From: a virus
Taxonomy: Duplodnaviria > Caudoviricetes
Strand: one strand, 5' to 3'
IMG/VR virus record: IMGVR_UViG_3300036761_000576
Span: 1 to 62,973 of that record
DNA: 62,973 nt
Shown: one piece after another, positions 33,483 to 42,920 of the stretch
Layout: every line of letters starts with the position of its first letter
Position numbering within the stretch: the first letter of the stretch is position 1
Made by a program: the position numbers and the translations under genes
The notes under the pieces: model-generated
What the model saw: only the letters and a program-made list of their open reading frames with translations
What the model was told of the DNA's origin: nothing
Database searches by the model: none

Positions 33483-35357
33483 CTACACAGTGGCCAACTC
33501 GGACATCGTGGAAGCTAGATACGCTTCGCGCACAACCTGATCGGCTCCTGACCCGAACCGCAAGCGCCACCGCCGCGCTTTGAATCCATTAGGCAGGCGG
33601 AAACTGTATGCCTGCGAATTCGCTGCGGACAAGCCGGTCGCAGGAAATATCATCGATAACTGAAACCGCAGTACTCCATCCCCGAAAACCTGCACCAGTA
33701 GCGGCGCTGACTGGATTGCTGGATCTCCGTACCCGACAATTTGCAGAGCCCCGAAGTTGACGGGTTGCGGTACGATCACGTCGCGCGTCGAATAGCCAAA
33801 CTGGACTCGAAACATGGTTTCGTCGCCAAAGCGCGCAATCGTCGAGCCCGTGATCCCGGAAGTCACTACGTACAGGCTATCGTCATGCGGCAAAATAAAA
33901 TCGCTCACTGTCGTTGCCGTTAGGATAAGTTCCGTCATCTGCGTGTCTGGATCAACGACATTGATGAGGAAGCCCGTGGCGCCGTTGCTGAAATAGCAGA
34001 TCAGATGCCCGTCGGAGTACGCCAGGCGCATGGCCGTGAAAAACGCCTTATAGCGAAGATCCCACTCCTCGCGCGTGAACAGCGCGCGCCCAAGAGGACG
34101 CGCCCTACCGCTTGCGATGAGCCAAAGACCATCGTGCGTCCCGTAGATCACGCCTGCCGGGCTTCGTACCACGGCTCGACTCGGGTTCGTGAATCCTCCG
34201 GCATTCGGTGCGGTTGCCAGACCAGCCTCGACGTTCTGCAATTTCTCGTAGGTGGCGTTCGAGGGATGCGACCCCGTGATGACGTAGGGCTCGCGATCGG
34301 TGATGACAAGCAGCGCGTTTTCGTCGACGGTCAGGGCCAGGATCTTGAACGGTATCGCGATGATGTACTTCTGTGGCCAAGCCGACGGCCTGAACGGCTC
34401 GCAAAAGTAGATCAGGTTGTTGTCAAAAGCCACCATCATGCCGTTGCGCCACGCTGTAAGCCCCATCAACTTGCGTGCCGGAGGCGGATCCCAGTCGAGA
34501 GAGGGCAACGTCTCCAGAAGGTCCGTCGCCCTAGCGTTGTCGGTGAATTTCCATCCAAACAAGTCGGTGTACGGGTTCGGAGTCGAGCGCACCGGAAACG
34601 GGAAGTACGCAGTGATGAGCGATATTTTATTCGGCTCCACGCTGGCCGTGTTTCCGGTCACGGTCGCGGTTTCTATCGTTTTCGGCACAACCTGGTACAC
34701 CGCTTGACCGCTTGCGGTCACATTCGATCGATAGACGTTAAAGTATGCGATTGGGACATAGAACGCTGATGCCAGCGGCGCCGGAGACTTGAATTTCCCG
34801 GACAACTCGACGCCGTGCATGAAGGAAACATCAATCGACGCCGGAGGGCAAGGGATCGACTCTTCGCCGAAGTCGTTGACCTGCGTTAAAAGGTAGGTGC
34901 GGGTCTCCACGGTCCCGTAGTTCATCTTGAACCCGAGCCACGTAGTCAGGTAGTCAATCCCGGCCACTGGGGGCGCCGTCTTCCATAGAGTGAAGAGGCC
35001 GTTATAGGGCCCGGCATCCGTAAGGTTGCCTTGGAAATTGAACATTTCGATCCACATGCCACCGGGCACGGAATCAGTGACGTTCTTCCCTGTTTGGCGC
35101 GAGTTGGTCGAGTAACAGGTGAATATCTGACGGTTCTCGTGATCTGGATCGTAGCCTTCTACTTTCACGCAGCGCTTGAGTTCGTTCGACGAATACGTCA
35201 CGCCACCGGCAGATTGCAGAATCGCGCCCGGAGTCGTATCTGTGCCATCGAGCTGGTGAATGTTGGTAACGTCGAGATAGACCAGCCCGTTGTAGCGGAT
35301 CGACGTCGCGTTGATGATCTCGAAACTTTTTCCGGGCGGGATCAGGAGCGTGCTCAT
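33483..35357 (-). CDS. Tail nozzle/tubular protein, C-terminal part
   Basis: TRTYLLTQVNDFGEES.P; GLTAWRNGMMVAF..N.IYFCEPFRPSAWP.KY; FRLP.G. Confidence 0.75.
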   Translation of the reverse strand: MSTLLIPPGKSFEIINATSIRYNGLVYLDVTNIHQLDGTDTTPGAILQSAGGVTYSSNELKRCVKVEGYDPDHENRQIFTCYSTNSRQTGKNVTDSVPGGMWIEMFNFQGNLTDAGPYNGLFTLWKTAPPVAGIDYLTTWLGFKMNYGTVETRTYLLTQVNDFGEESIPCPPASIDVSFMHGVELSGKFKSPAPLASAFYVPIAYFNVYRSNVTASGQAVYQVVPKTIETATVTGNTASVEPNKISLITAYFPFPVRSTPNPYTDLFGWKFTDNARATDLLETLPSLDWDPPPARKLMGLTAWRNGMMVAFDNNLIYFCEPFRPSAWPQKYIIAIPFKILALTVDENALLVITDREPYVITGSHPSNATYEKLQNVEAGLATAPNAGGFTNPSRAVVRSPAGVIYGTHDGLWLIASGRARPLGRALFTREEWDLRYKAFFTAMRLAYSDGHLICYFSNGATGFLINVVDPDTQMTELILTATTVSDFILPHDDSLYVVTSGITGSTIARFGDETMFRVQFGYSTRDVIVPQPVNFGALQIVGYGDPAIQSAPLLVQVFGDGVLRFQLSMIFPATGLSAANSQAYSFRLPNGFKARRWRLRFGSGADQVVREAYLASTMSELATV

Positions 35358-36421
35358 GCCGAGTCTCCGCCGTCGCCAGTGCCGTCGCTGTCACCAACGT
35401 CACCACCCGCCGGATCGGTAGAGCCACCTCCGCCTACTGCGCTGCCACCGTCTGACGCGCCGCTTCCTTGGCCGCCACCTGGGTCTGGCGGCAGGGGCGT
35501 CGGATCTGCCACGGGCGTCGAACCATAGGTGAGGATGATATCGGCGGCCGCGCTGTTGTTGACGATGATAACCGTGCGCGCGATTGGTACAGTGTCCAGA
35601 TCAGGCGGGATGAAGAAGTAGTATTTGTACGGCCGCTGAGTCGCGCCAAGCGAACTCAGCAAGTCTTGGATCTTATATTGCCGCAACGCATTGGGGTAGC
35701 CGACGTTGGTAACGAACACGTTATTGTGTACCCATGGCACATGCGGGATGTTGTCCGCAGGATTGGGCCGATTTGCGGTTTCGTTATTGCTGATGTCTAG
35801 CTGGGCGACGATCTGTCCGGTAGGGTTTTCAAGGAAATACATGACCCGGAGCGAAAGCCGCGGGATGCCTGGCCACTCTGGAAGATCGGACAGCGTGATC
35901 TCGAGTTTGTCGGTGTCGGCGACGCCTTGCACGCGTGGCGGCGGTACCCCAAGCACCCAGGAGTCTGGCCCCCCTGGCCCCGCTATCCCGACTGGCGGCG
36001 GATTGGAGTTTTCCGGCGGCTGGTAGTTGCCAAGAACGGCGGAAGTTCCGATGAGCTTAGTTGGCGGATTGACCGAGTCGTTGCGCCATGTACGCGCGAC
36101 CTTGATGATCGGCCCATCATCGAGTACCTGGGTGTAGAAGACTCGGTAGAACTTATCGTCGACTACCTGGCTTTTGACCGCGTAGGTGTCGTAGGCCCAA
36201 GCGAAATAGTCGACGCCGTCCTCGGTGTAGACGCTAGTAATCGCCCGGCCCTGAATGGCAGTGACTAGATTGCTGGCCAAAGTCTTGTTGCTGCGCAGCC
36301 CGCGCAGGTCGCCGTGCGCGAGATCGCAGTTAGTCGCGTCTTGCGAGGCCCCTTCTGGCAGCAGATGCGCCGGCAGACGTGGAATCTCGCCGCCAAAGGA
36401 TCGGAAAACGATTTTGCTCAT
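35354..36421 (-). CDS. Tail nozzle/tubular protein, N-terminal part
   Basis: FGGEIPRLPAHLLP...A.NC.L..G.L; LGVPPP. Confidence 0.7.
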   Translation of the reverse strand: MSKIVFRSFGGEIPRLPAHLLPEGASQDATNCDLAHGDLRGLRSNKTLASNLVTAIQGRAITSVYTEDGVDYFAWAYDTYAVKSQVVDDKFYRVFYTQVLDDGPIIKVARTWRNDSVNPPTKLIGTSAVLGNYQPPENSNPPPVGIAGPGGPDSWVLGVPPPRVQGVADTDKLEITLSDLPEWPGIPRLSLRVMYFLENPTGQIVAQLDISNNETANRPNPADNIPHVPWVHNNVFVTNVGYPNALRQYKIQDLLSSLGATQRPYKYYFFIPPDLDTVPIARTVIIVNNSAAADIILTYGSTPVADPTPLPPDPGGGQGSGASDGGSAVGGGGSTDPAGGDVGDSDGTGDGGDSA

Positions 36422-37158
36422 TATTTTATGATTAACCAGAAGTCGTCTGACAATCCGCGACTACTCACGTAGTCATAGGGCATAGTGCAATAACCATTGA
36501 GGCCCCAATGCTTGCCCCAGGAGTTGCGTACAGTCACCCTCTGAGTCGCGTTGTCGTAGCCAACGCACAGTGCCGCGTGACCGCCCAGCAATTTCTCTCC
36601 CTTGGTCGGCATTGGCACGACGCCGGTGCTGGCGACCTTGCTGGACTCGAAGGAGGCGTACACCGAAAAACCGAACACGACAGGAAGTTTGTTTGCCAGC
36701 GCCGCCTGCAAGTTGTCGAAACCGATGACGCGCTGATATTCCGTTATACGACGCAAACGCGCATCGGCGTAGGCGCGTTTCCCTGGCTCTTTGCGGTAAT
36801 CGACGATGCGGTACGGCCAGTACGCTTCGGAACAGACACCGAACTTGGCGCACACCTTCACGCCATCGCGTATTTGCGCCCCCGCGTCGTAGCCAACCGT
36901 GCCCTCGATCTTGCGTTCCTGCCAGTACACGAAGAGGCGAGAGAGATTGAGCTTCGCTCCGCCGTCTATCCCTTCCAGGTACTCGAGCGCGCCGACGATC
37001 GCATTCCCGGTACAGGATCCGAGATTGCCTTGGTCTTCAACGGGAGAGCAGTGCTGGCGCAGATCAACACTTTCTGGCAGCCGTTTCCCGTTTGCCTTGA
37101 AGACGTGATCGCGTAAGGCATCGGGTACGTCTGGACGCCAGGTGTAGCAGCGGGCCAT
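36421..37158 (-). CDS. Papain-like cysteine peptidase (C1A)
   Basis: SVDLR..DQGNLGSCTGNA; GGHAALCVGY; RNSWGKHWG. Confidence 0.92.
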   Translation of the reverse strand: MARCYTWRPDVPDALRDHVFKANGKRLPESVDLRQHCSPVEDQGNLGSCTGNAIVGALEYLEGIDGGAKLNLSRLFVYWQERKIEGTVGYDAGAQIRDGVKVCAKFGVCSEAYWPYRIVDYRKEPGKRAYADARLRRITEYQRVIGFDNLQAALANKLPVVFGFSVYASFESSKVASTGVVPMPTKGEKLLGGHAALCVGYDNATQRVTVRNSWGKHWGLNGYCTMPYDYVSSRGLSDDFWLIIK

Positions 37159-37301
37159 CAGCGGTGAAAGAACACGAAACCGAGGATGAGGCCACCCAGC
37201 ACTCCGGCCAATACCGCCGCCGCCTTGCGATGCGTGTTTCCCCACTCGAAGGCTGCGCTGGCGCCGTCCTTCAAGTGCTGTGCGAACTCGTATCTATTCA
37301 C
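37158..37301 (-). CDS. Small membrane protein (47 aa)
   Basis: GTGA and TGATG coupling; C-terminal TM segment. Confidence 0.55.
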   Translation of the reverse strand: MNRYEFAQHLKDGASAAFEWGNTHRKAAAVLAGVLGGLILGFVFFHR

Positions 37302-37933
37302 TGGACCGCTCCTTTTGCCATGGCCGCGAGATAACCGTCTTCGCGGTCCCGGCAGGTCTTCCAGAGGCCGTAAGCATCGGCATACGCTGCCGTGCTACCC
37401 ACGAAGTACACGGCTAACTCGCGTTCGTCGTAGATACCGCCCGCGGTTGCGGCGGAGTCGGGTACGGGATCGGCTCCCGCTTTTGTTCCGGAGTCAGGAC
37501 GGGCGCTGTTGGCTGCACTGGCGGATTCGATGAGCAGCCGAGCAAGTTCATTATCAAGCTGCACGCCAGGACCAGAGGCAACGCCTGTCGCGCGTTGTTG
37601 TAGCGCAGAAAATGTCGCATCTTTGGTCGCCTCCGCTTTCTTCGCCGCATCCATCGCGGCCATGAGTTTCCCCGACAGTTCGAGCGTCAGTTCCGTCGTG
37701 CGCCGGATCCGCTCCGCCTTGTCCGCATCCCACTTCACCTGTACCTCTGCGCTCCCTCGGGCCTCGTACTCGTGCGCGACCGCCGAGCACAGCAGCATTG
37801 CCGCTCCCGCCAAGGCCACGTAGATCGCAAGCTGGAAGGCGCGAAGCAGCCAGACAATGAGGCCGGCGGCCACGAACAAGCTCGCCCCGAGTGCCGCCAT
37901 TACCCACGGCTCAGGCAGGAAGTGCAGCATCAC
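37298..37933 (-). CDS. Rz: i-spanin (Rz-like)
   Basis: N-terminal TM segments then coiled coil; in the lysis cluster. Confidence 0.65.
   Translation of the reverse strand: MMLHFLPEPWVMAALGASLFVAAGLIVWLLRAFQLAIYVALAGAAMLLCSAVAHEYEARGSAEVQVKWDADKAERIRRTTELTLELSGKLMAAMDAAKKAEATKDATFSALQQRATGVASGPGVQLDNELARLLIESASAANSARPDSGTKAGADPVPDSAATAGGIYDERELAVYFVGSTAAYADAYGLWKTCRDREDGYLAAMAKGAVQ
37414..37620 (-). CDS. Rz1: Embedded o-spanin lipoprotein (Rz1-like)
   Basis: Alternate frame within Rz; lipobox LLGC followed by a Pro-rich tail. Confidence 0.55.
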   Translation of the reverse strand: MRHFLRYNNARQALPLVLACSLIMNLLGCSSNPPVQPTAPVLTPEQKREPIPYPTPPQPRAVSTTNAS

Positions 37934-38346
37934 TTCCCGGCTTTCATGCGGTCCAACAATTGCTTCTTCGCCGAGAGGTCGATGCCCGCATCCCGGATGT
38001 CGGTACCGATGCGTTCCATTTCCTTCTTTCTGTCCTGCGTGACCGGCCCCTGCGCGAAAGTGATCTGCGAAAGATTGGCCCGGAGGAGTTGTATCTTCAA
38101 GTTCAACGTCTCAACTTCGGTGGTGAGACGGTTGATCTCCTGGCCGCTGGTGAGGTCGGCGCGCATCTGCCGCATGTCCGTCGCGTGGGCATACCGATCC
38201 TCTACGAAGTACACCGCAGCCACGAACACTGAGAGCGTGCCTATGGATACCCATGAGACGACAGACCGCACCGGGCTCTTGGCGAAGGCCAGCAGCCGTT
38301 GCGCTCGTGACTCAGCGGCGGGCTTTGGCTTTTTTGCGGCGGGCAT
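37930..38346 (-). CDS. Membrane-anchored coiled-coil protein
   Basis: One TM segment plus heptad repeats. Confidence 0.65.
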   Translation of the reverse strand: MPAAKKPKPAAESRAQRLLAFAKSPVRSVVSWVSIGTLSVFVAAVYFVEDRYAHATDMRQMRADLTSGQEINRLTTEVETLNLKIQLLRANLSQITFAQGPVTQDRKKEMERIGTDIRDAGIDLSAKKQLLDRMKAGK

Positions 38347-38677
38347 AGGGAGTCAAACTCAGAGGAGGCAGAACGGAAGGAAGGAGGTCTGGCGCGACAC
38401 TTGGCGCCACTGACGGATGCGGTTTGTCGCCCATGCGGAAGGCGCCGACAGCACCAACCGCGACGCCAAAGCCGGTGCAAACGCTGCCGATACCAATGCC
38501 TATCGCTTGCACATCGAACGAGTGGGCGGCGTCGAGGACCATCTTGACCGTAGCGACGACCAACAGGAGCGGAATTGCGGTGATGACGGCCACCATGATC
38601 CAGAACAAAGCCAGATACCCGGCGTCCACTTCGCCGTCGGCACCTTTGACCGCCGAGCGAAAGATCGAACCATTCAT
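38312..38677 (-). CDS. Putative holin (2 TM)
   Basis: Two hydrophobic helices, basic C-terminus, follows endolysin. Confidence 0.55.
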   Translation of the reverse strand: MNGSIFRSAVKGADGEVDAGYLALFWIMVAVITAIPLLLVVATVKMVLDAAHSFDVQAIGIGIGSVCTGFGVAVGAVGAFRMGDKPHPSVAPSVAPDLLPSVLPPLSLTPYARRKKAKARR

Positions 38678-38688
38678 GATCGCTCCTG

Positions 38689-39084
38689 TTACGGGTAGAA
38701 CCATCTGCGTTTGCCAGGCACCCATGAGGCATACGGAACAATTTGGCAGTGAAACCATCCTTTCGTGCTGCCGGGAAACTCCTGCCACAGCCCGATCAAG
38801 TCGAGAATCGGGTTATCCAGCGCCCAGTCGTCCAAGTTCCCATCGTGGTCCTCGAGGTCGCAGGCTTGGCAGGTCATGTGCTTCGAATGCTGTGCGGCGC
38901 CTGGCGTGGTTGCGTTCACCAATGCCGGGCGCCAGCCCGATGTGACTTCCCGTTCCGCGCCGAACTTTGCCAGCAGCGCGTTGACACGATCGACGGTGAT
39001 CTGCGCGTTCGCGCGCAACGTGTCCGTCAACTCGCTCGCATAAGCAACGTCGCGGCCCATGTAATAGTCGCTAAGGCCGATCAT
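38689..39084 (-). CDS. Endolysin, peptidase M15 family
   Basis: TSGWRP...SKHM...ACD...WFH. Confidence 0.85.
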   Translation of the reverse strand: MIGLSDYYMGRDVAYASELTDTLRANAQITVDRVNALLAKFGAEREVTSGWRPALVNATTPGAAQHSKHMTCQACDLEDHDGNLDDWALDNPILDLIGLWQEFPGSTKGWFHCQIVPYASWVPGKRRWFYP

Positions 39085-39410
39085 CGAGAGCGATTTCTGC
39101 CGACTTCCTGTGACGCCTCGAGGGACGAAAGTCGGCGTTCGTGTTCCCCGGCTCGCTGCCGCTGCACTTCTAACATCTGCATCAGCAATTCACGATCGCG
39201 TCGGCCATCGTCCTTGGTGTAGCGTTCCAGCTTGATTTCCCTGATCGTCTCCACCAGGTTGTCAACCTTGTTCGACAGGCTGGAAAGCGACCAGATGAAG
39301 CCCCCCGTCTGGACGACCACGGCCGCGATGAGCGCCAGTGGAATCTCTTTCCCGACGTGCCAGAACTGCATCGATTGCGTTTCCTGATCTGTTTTATCCT
39401 CGATCGCCAT
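39081..39410 (-). CDS. Membrane protein (holin/antiholin-like)
   Basis: WHVGKEIPLALI..TM..coiled coil; coupled to endolysin. Confidence 0.6.
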   Translation of the reverse strand: MAIEDKTDQETQSMQFWHVGKEIPLALIAAVVVQTGGFIWSLSSLSNKVDNLVETIREIKLERYTKDDGRRDRELLMQMLEVQRQRAGEHERRLSSLEASQEVGRNRSR

Positions 39411-39411
39411 G

Positions 39412-40218
39412 TCAAGCCCTCGTCGCAACTACGCGCTGATGTTTGTCAATGGCCACGATCCGAGCGGAGAGCACATCGCCGGTAGCATCGATTGGGGTGG
39501 ACAGCCAGACCAATCCCGCCGTGGCCGAGGCCGCAGCGCCCGCGTTGATGGGAGTCAAGGTGCCGGCGAGGTAACCCACGGCTTGCGCTTTCGCTCGTCC
39601 GACCGCGCCAAGTTGAATTCCCGTCGTCAGCGCAGCAGCACCCACCGCATTGGCGGTTCCAAGCGCCACCGTGAAGCCGTTGTAGAGGCTCGCGGCCCCG
39701 ACGACCGTCACGGTGCCAAAGGCGTTGTAGAACCCGCCGTAGAGGCTCGCCAGGCCTATTGCCGAGGCCGTCGGTGCGATTACCAGAGGGATTTGCGTGA
39801 ACAGCGCCCCCATGCCGATCGCCTTGAAAAACGCGCCATCGGCCGCGATCTTGAGTGGGATCTGCACGGCCCCAAAGCCGATCGCCGAGACCGTGGGCGC
39901 CGCCGCCAGGTTGATGCCGGTGGTGATCGCGCCAGCACCGATGGCCGACGTAACCGCGTTGGCATTGAGGATCGAGAACGAGTTGTAGCCAATGCCAGAC
40001 GCCGTCCCCGCCGCCGCCAAATTGATCGCCGTCAACAATGACGGCGTGTTGGCAGTGGCACTCGCCGCGGGGACATTGCTGGCAAGGTAGATCGGGACGT
40101 AGAGGGGGTTGGCCCCGGCCGTAGCCGAGGCCGTTGCCACTGCAACGCAGCGAATCAGCGCCGTCAGTGCTGCGAACGGCGTCGCCGACGCCGTTCCCGC
40201 TCCGACCATGTCGGTCAT
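39412..40218 (-). CDS. Ala/Gly/Thr-rich repetitive fibre protein
   Basis: ~20-aa quasi-repeats (A.G.A.L.T.I.L). Confidence 0.65.
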   Translation of the reverse strand: MTDMVGAGTASATPFAALTALIRCVAVATASATAGANPLYVPIYLASNVPAASATANTPSLLTAINLAAAGTASGIGYNSFSILNANAVTSAIGAGAITTGINLAAAPTVSAIGFGAVQIPLKIAADGAFFKAIGMGALFTQIPLVIAPTASAIGLASLYGGFYNAFGTVTVVGAASLYNGFTVALGTANAVGAAALTTGIQLGAVGRAKAQAVGYLAGTLTPINAGAAASATAGLVWLSTPIDATGDVLSARIVAIDKHQRVVATRA

Positions 40219-40225
40219 GGCGAAC

Positions 40226-40660
40226 CTACGCGAACGTCATCGTGAAGCTGCCCGCCGTGAAGCTCGGCGCTGCGTCGCCGTTATTGATGGTCTTGTTCGC
40301 TTGCAGCGCGCCCTCGAACAGCATGTTGCCGGCCGAGGCAGCATCCATGATGGCCCACGAAACAGCCGTGCCCCAGTTCGCCGTTGGCGCGGGGAAGGTG
40401 ATCGCCACCGCGTTACTGATGACGCCGGACGTACCGCTCGAGGCGCCCGTGGTATTGCCGTGCGTGCCGTTGAAGTTGGTATCGTTGACGGTCACCGCCA
40501 CGCGGGCATAGGAGCCGCCCGTGACTTCCGTGCCGCCGCCGGCATCGGACGGGGCCACGGTGAACAGGGCGTAATACAGCGTTGCAGGCTTGCTGTAGGA
40601 GGTCGCCCGGAAAAGGTGGTCGGCGATCTTGTTTTCCAGAAAGTCGGTCATCGAGGACAT
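40226..40660 (-). CDS. Tail-fibre-associated structural protein
   Basis: MTDFLEN...LY.ALFT..P.D.GGGTEV.GGSYARV...FP..T.NWG; AAGGAG RBS. Confidence 0.8.
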   Translation of the reverse strand: MSSMTDFLENKIADHLFRATSYSKPATLYYALFTVAPSDAGGGTEVTGGSYARVAVTVNDTNFNGTHGNTTGASSGTSGVISNAVAITFPAPTANWGTAVSWAIMDAASAGNMLFEGALQANKTINNGDAAPSFTAGSFTMTFA

Positions 40661-40681
40661 GCCATTTTCTCCTTGGGGAAA

Positions 40682-40697
40682 AGGCACTCCTGCGCCC
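40682..40697 (-). promoter_or_regulatory. AGGA-loop RNA hairpin, candidate CsrA site
   Basis: GGGCGC-AGGA-GTGCCT, 22 nt upstream of the start. Confidence 0.55.
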
Positions 40698-40733
40698 GGG
40701 GGTAGCGCCGCTCATGCGGCGCATGGGGAACAA

Positions 40734-41063
40734 CTAGGCCAACACGTTGAGGTTGGCAGACCGAGCTACGGTCTGCACTCTGCCGCCAACGTGGTACAGC
40801 GTGATTCGTCCTTCGTAGCGCCCAACCGCGAGCGAGTCCAGGCCGCCGAACGGCCACACGAAACGAACATAGCCGCCGGTGAATGGGTTTTCCGGCGCAC
40901 CTGGCACCGTCAACAAGACCGTGATCGTGCCTGGCATTCGCACCAGCATCGCCGCGCTTGAGACATCGGTCAGGTCGATCGGCAGCGAAGTATCGCCGTC
41001 GACCAGGGCGAAGCGGAGATCGGGCAGCGTGTCGCCCTTCACCACGTCGATAATTGAACTCAT
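40734..41063 (-). CDS. BppU-N-like structural protein
   Basis: KGDTLP.L...L.D...IDLT...G.V...W...G.Y. Confidence 0.7.
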   Translation of the reverse strand: MSSIIDVVKGDTLPDLRFALVDGDTSLPIDLTDVSSAAMLVRMPGTITVLLTVPGAPENPFTGGYVRFVWPFGGLDSLAVGRYEGRITLYHVGGRVQTVARSANLNVLA

Positions 41064-41671
41064 GCTTTGCTCCCTTGGCCAAAGACGGAGGTGCGGCGCT
41101 CGCGGGCCCTGGTGATGGCGTTCGCCGCCACCGCGGCATACGCCAGCCCTTGCTGCGGATCCGCCCAGATCGTTCCGCGCATCAGCAGCAGCCGAGCCTT
41201 GGCCCCAGAACACAGCGCGTCGTAGTAGTCGTTGAACAGGAAATCAGGCCCCTGCGTCGAGTCACGTGTCGGGCCCAGGATGACGGTGAGAATGAGTTGC
41301 GTCGTCACTGTCGGTTGCGGCAAAACGCAGAATTCTTCCGGCTGCATTTGCGTGACCGCCTCGGGTGTGCCGGCAAGACCCAACCGCCAGCCGTGGAACA
41401 GGCGATCGCACGTCTCTGGCGTGAGCACGCCCAGCTCTCTCCCCGCCACCTGAGCCTCGACGATCTGGTAGACACGCGTGCCAGCGTCGGCCTCGAGCGG
41501 ATAGGACACCAGCCCCGGGGTCAGGAAATAGGCCGGCTGGACCTCTTGCCAAATCTTGCTCTCGGCACAGAAGTCGATCGCCGTGTCGCGGATCGCCTGA
41601 ATAGCGATCGGCGGAGGACAGGCCGCAACCTCTGGTTGCACGCTCGGCAGAAATAGAGTCCAGTCTTTCAC
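41060..41671 (-). CDS. Head-tail adaptor/ring paralogue 4
   Basis: W..FLP...PEV..CP...IWQE...PTRDS..GPDFLF.DYY. Confidence 0.8.
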   Translation of the reverse strand: MKDWTLFLPSVQPEVAACPPPIAIQAIRDTAIDFCAESKIWQEVQPAYFLTPGLVSYPLEADAGTRVYQIVEAQVAGRELGVLTPETCDRLFHGWRLGLAGTPEAVTQMQPEEFCVLPQPTVTTQLILTVILGPTRDSTQGPDFLFNDYYDALCSGAKARLLLMRGTIWADPQQGLAYAAVAANAITRARERRTSVFGQGSKA

Positions 41672-42291
41672 GCCGCGTTCCCCGCTCCACGCAGCTCGAA
41701 TACGTTCTGGTTGCGGTCTTTGGCATCACGTGCATCCTTGCCGAACATCATCGTGTAGACCGCCGCCTGTTGGGGATTCGACCACTTCGCACCGGCCATC
41801 AGCATCAGCGTGGCCTTTGCTTTGGCGCAGATCGTCTCGTAGTAGTCGGCGAACAAGAAGTCGGGTCCGTCGATCGAATCGCGCGTGGGCTGCAAGGCCA
41901 CGGTCAAGATCAGGGACGAACTGCTCGTTGGTTGCGGGATCACTGAGAACTTGTCCGTCTGCACCTGTGAGACAGCTTCGGGTCTCGCCACCACGCCGTT
42001 ACGCCAGCCGTAGAACAGCCGATCCGCCGTTTCCGGAGCGATGACCGCCAATTCCCGGCTGGAAATCTGCGCCTCGACAATCCGCGATACACGGGATCCG
42101 GCCGTCACCACGAAGGCGATCAATACCGGGGTCGAAGTGACGGTGTAGGGCGCTTGCGTCTCCTGCCAGATTTCCGACTCGGTGCAGAAGCGGATGACCG
42201 CGTCCCGAATCGCCCAGGTGGCGAGCGGCAGCGGGCACGCCTCGACCTCGGGCAGCACGTTGGGAAGGTAAGACGTCCACGGCGTTGTCAT
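41668..42291 (-). CDS. Head-tail adaptor/ring paralogue 3
   Basis: Same motif set. Confidence 0.8.
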   Translation of the reverse strand: MTTPWTSYLPNVLPEVEACPLPLATWAIRDAVIRFCTESEIWQETQAPYTVTSTPVLIAFVVTAGSRVSRIVEAQISSRELAVIAPETADRLFYGWRNGVVARPEAVSQVQTDKFSVIPQPTSSSSLILTVALQPTRDSIDGPDFLFADYYETICAKAKATLMLMAGAKWSNPQQAAVYTMMFGKDARDAKDRNQNVFELRGAGNAA

Positions 42292-42920
42292 AGGAATTGC
42301 CCTCGCACTCGCGTCACTGCTCGTCCAAACGCGCGGTTTCTACGAGAGCGCGCCTGCACCAGTTGATCGGCCGCCATCTCGCCGTAGATCGCGGCCAGGC
42401 GCGGATTTGCCCACTCTGCTTCGTTCATCAGCATCAACCTGGACTTAGCACCCAGACAGATCGTTTCGTAGTAGTCGTCGAACAAGAAGTCCGGGCCATC
42501 AATGGCATCGCGCGTCGGCTGGAGAGCCACCATCAGCAGCAAGGACGTGGTGGCAACAGGTTGCGGCACGACACTGAATGCATCGGGCCCGATCTGCGTC
42601 ACCGCTTCGATCGTGCCGGTCCGTCCGGTTCTCCAATTCTGGTAGACCTCGTCGCAACGCTCTGGCGTCAGGATGTCGAGTTCCAGGCCATTGACCTGCG
42701 CCGCCATGATCTGTGCCACGCGCGACCCGGTCGCCGTTACAAACTCGTAACTGAGCGGGGTGGACGTAATCGTGTATGGCGCTTGCGTCTCCTGCCAGAT
42801 CTTCGTGTCGGCCAGGAATTTGATCGCCGTTTCCCGTACCGCCCATTGCGCCACCAACATCGGGCACGTTTCGACCTCGGGCAAGATGCCGGGCAGGAAA
42901 GACGTCCAGTTGGCTGCCAT
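42288..42920 (-). CDS. Head-tail adaptor/ring paralogue 2
   Basis: Same motif set; start MAANWTSFLP by TAATG coupling. Confidence 0.8.
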   Translation of the reverse strand: MAANWTSFLPGILPEVETCPMLVAQWAVRETAIKFLADTKIWQETQAPYTITSTPLSYEFVTATGSRVAQIMAAQVNGLELDILTPERCDEVYQNWRTGRTGTIEAVTQIGPDAFSVVPQPVATTSLLLMVALQPTRDAIDGPDFLFDDYYETICLGAKSRLMLMNEAEWANPRLAAIYGEMAADQLVQARSRRNRAFGRAVTRVRGQFL

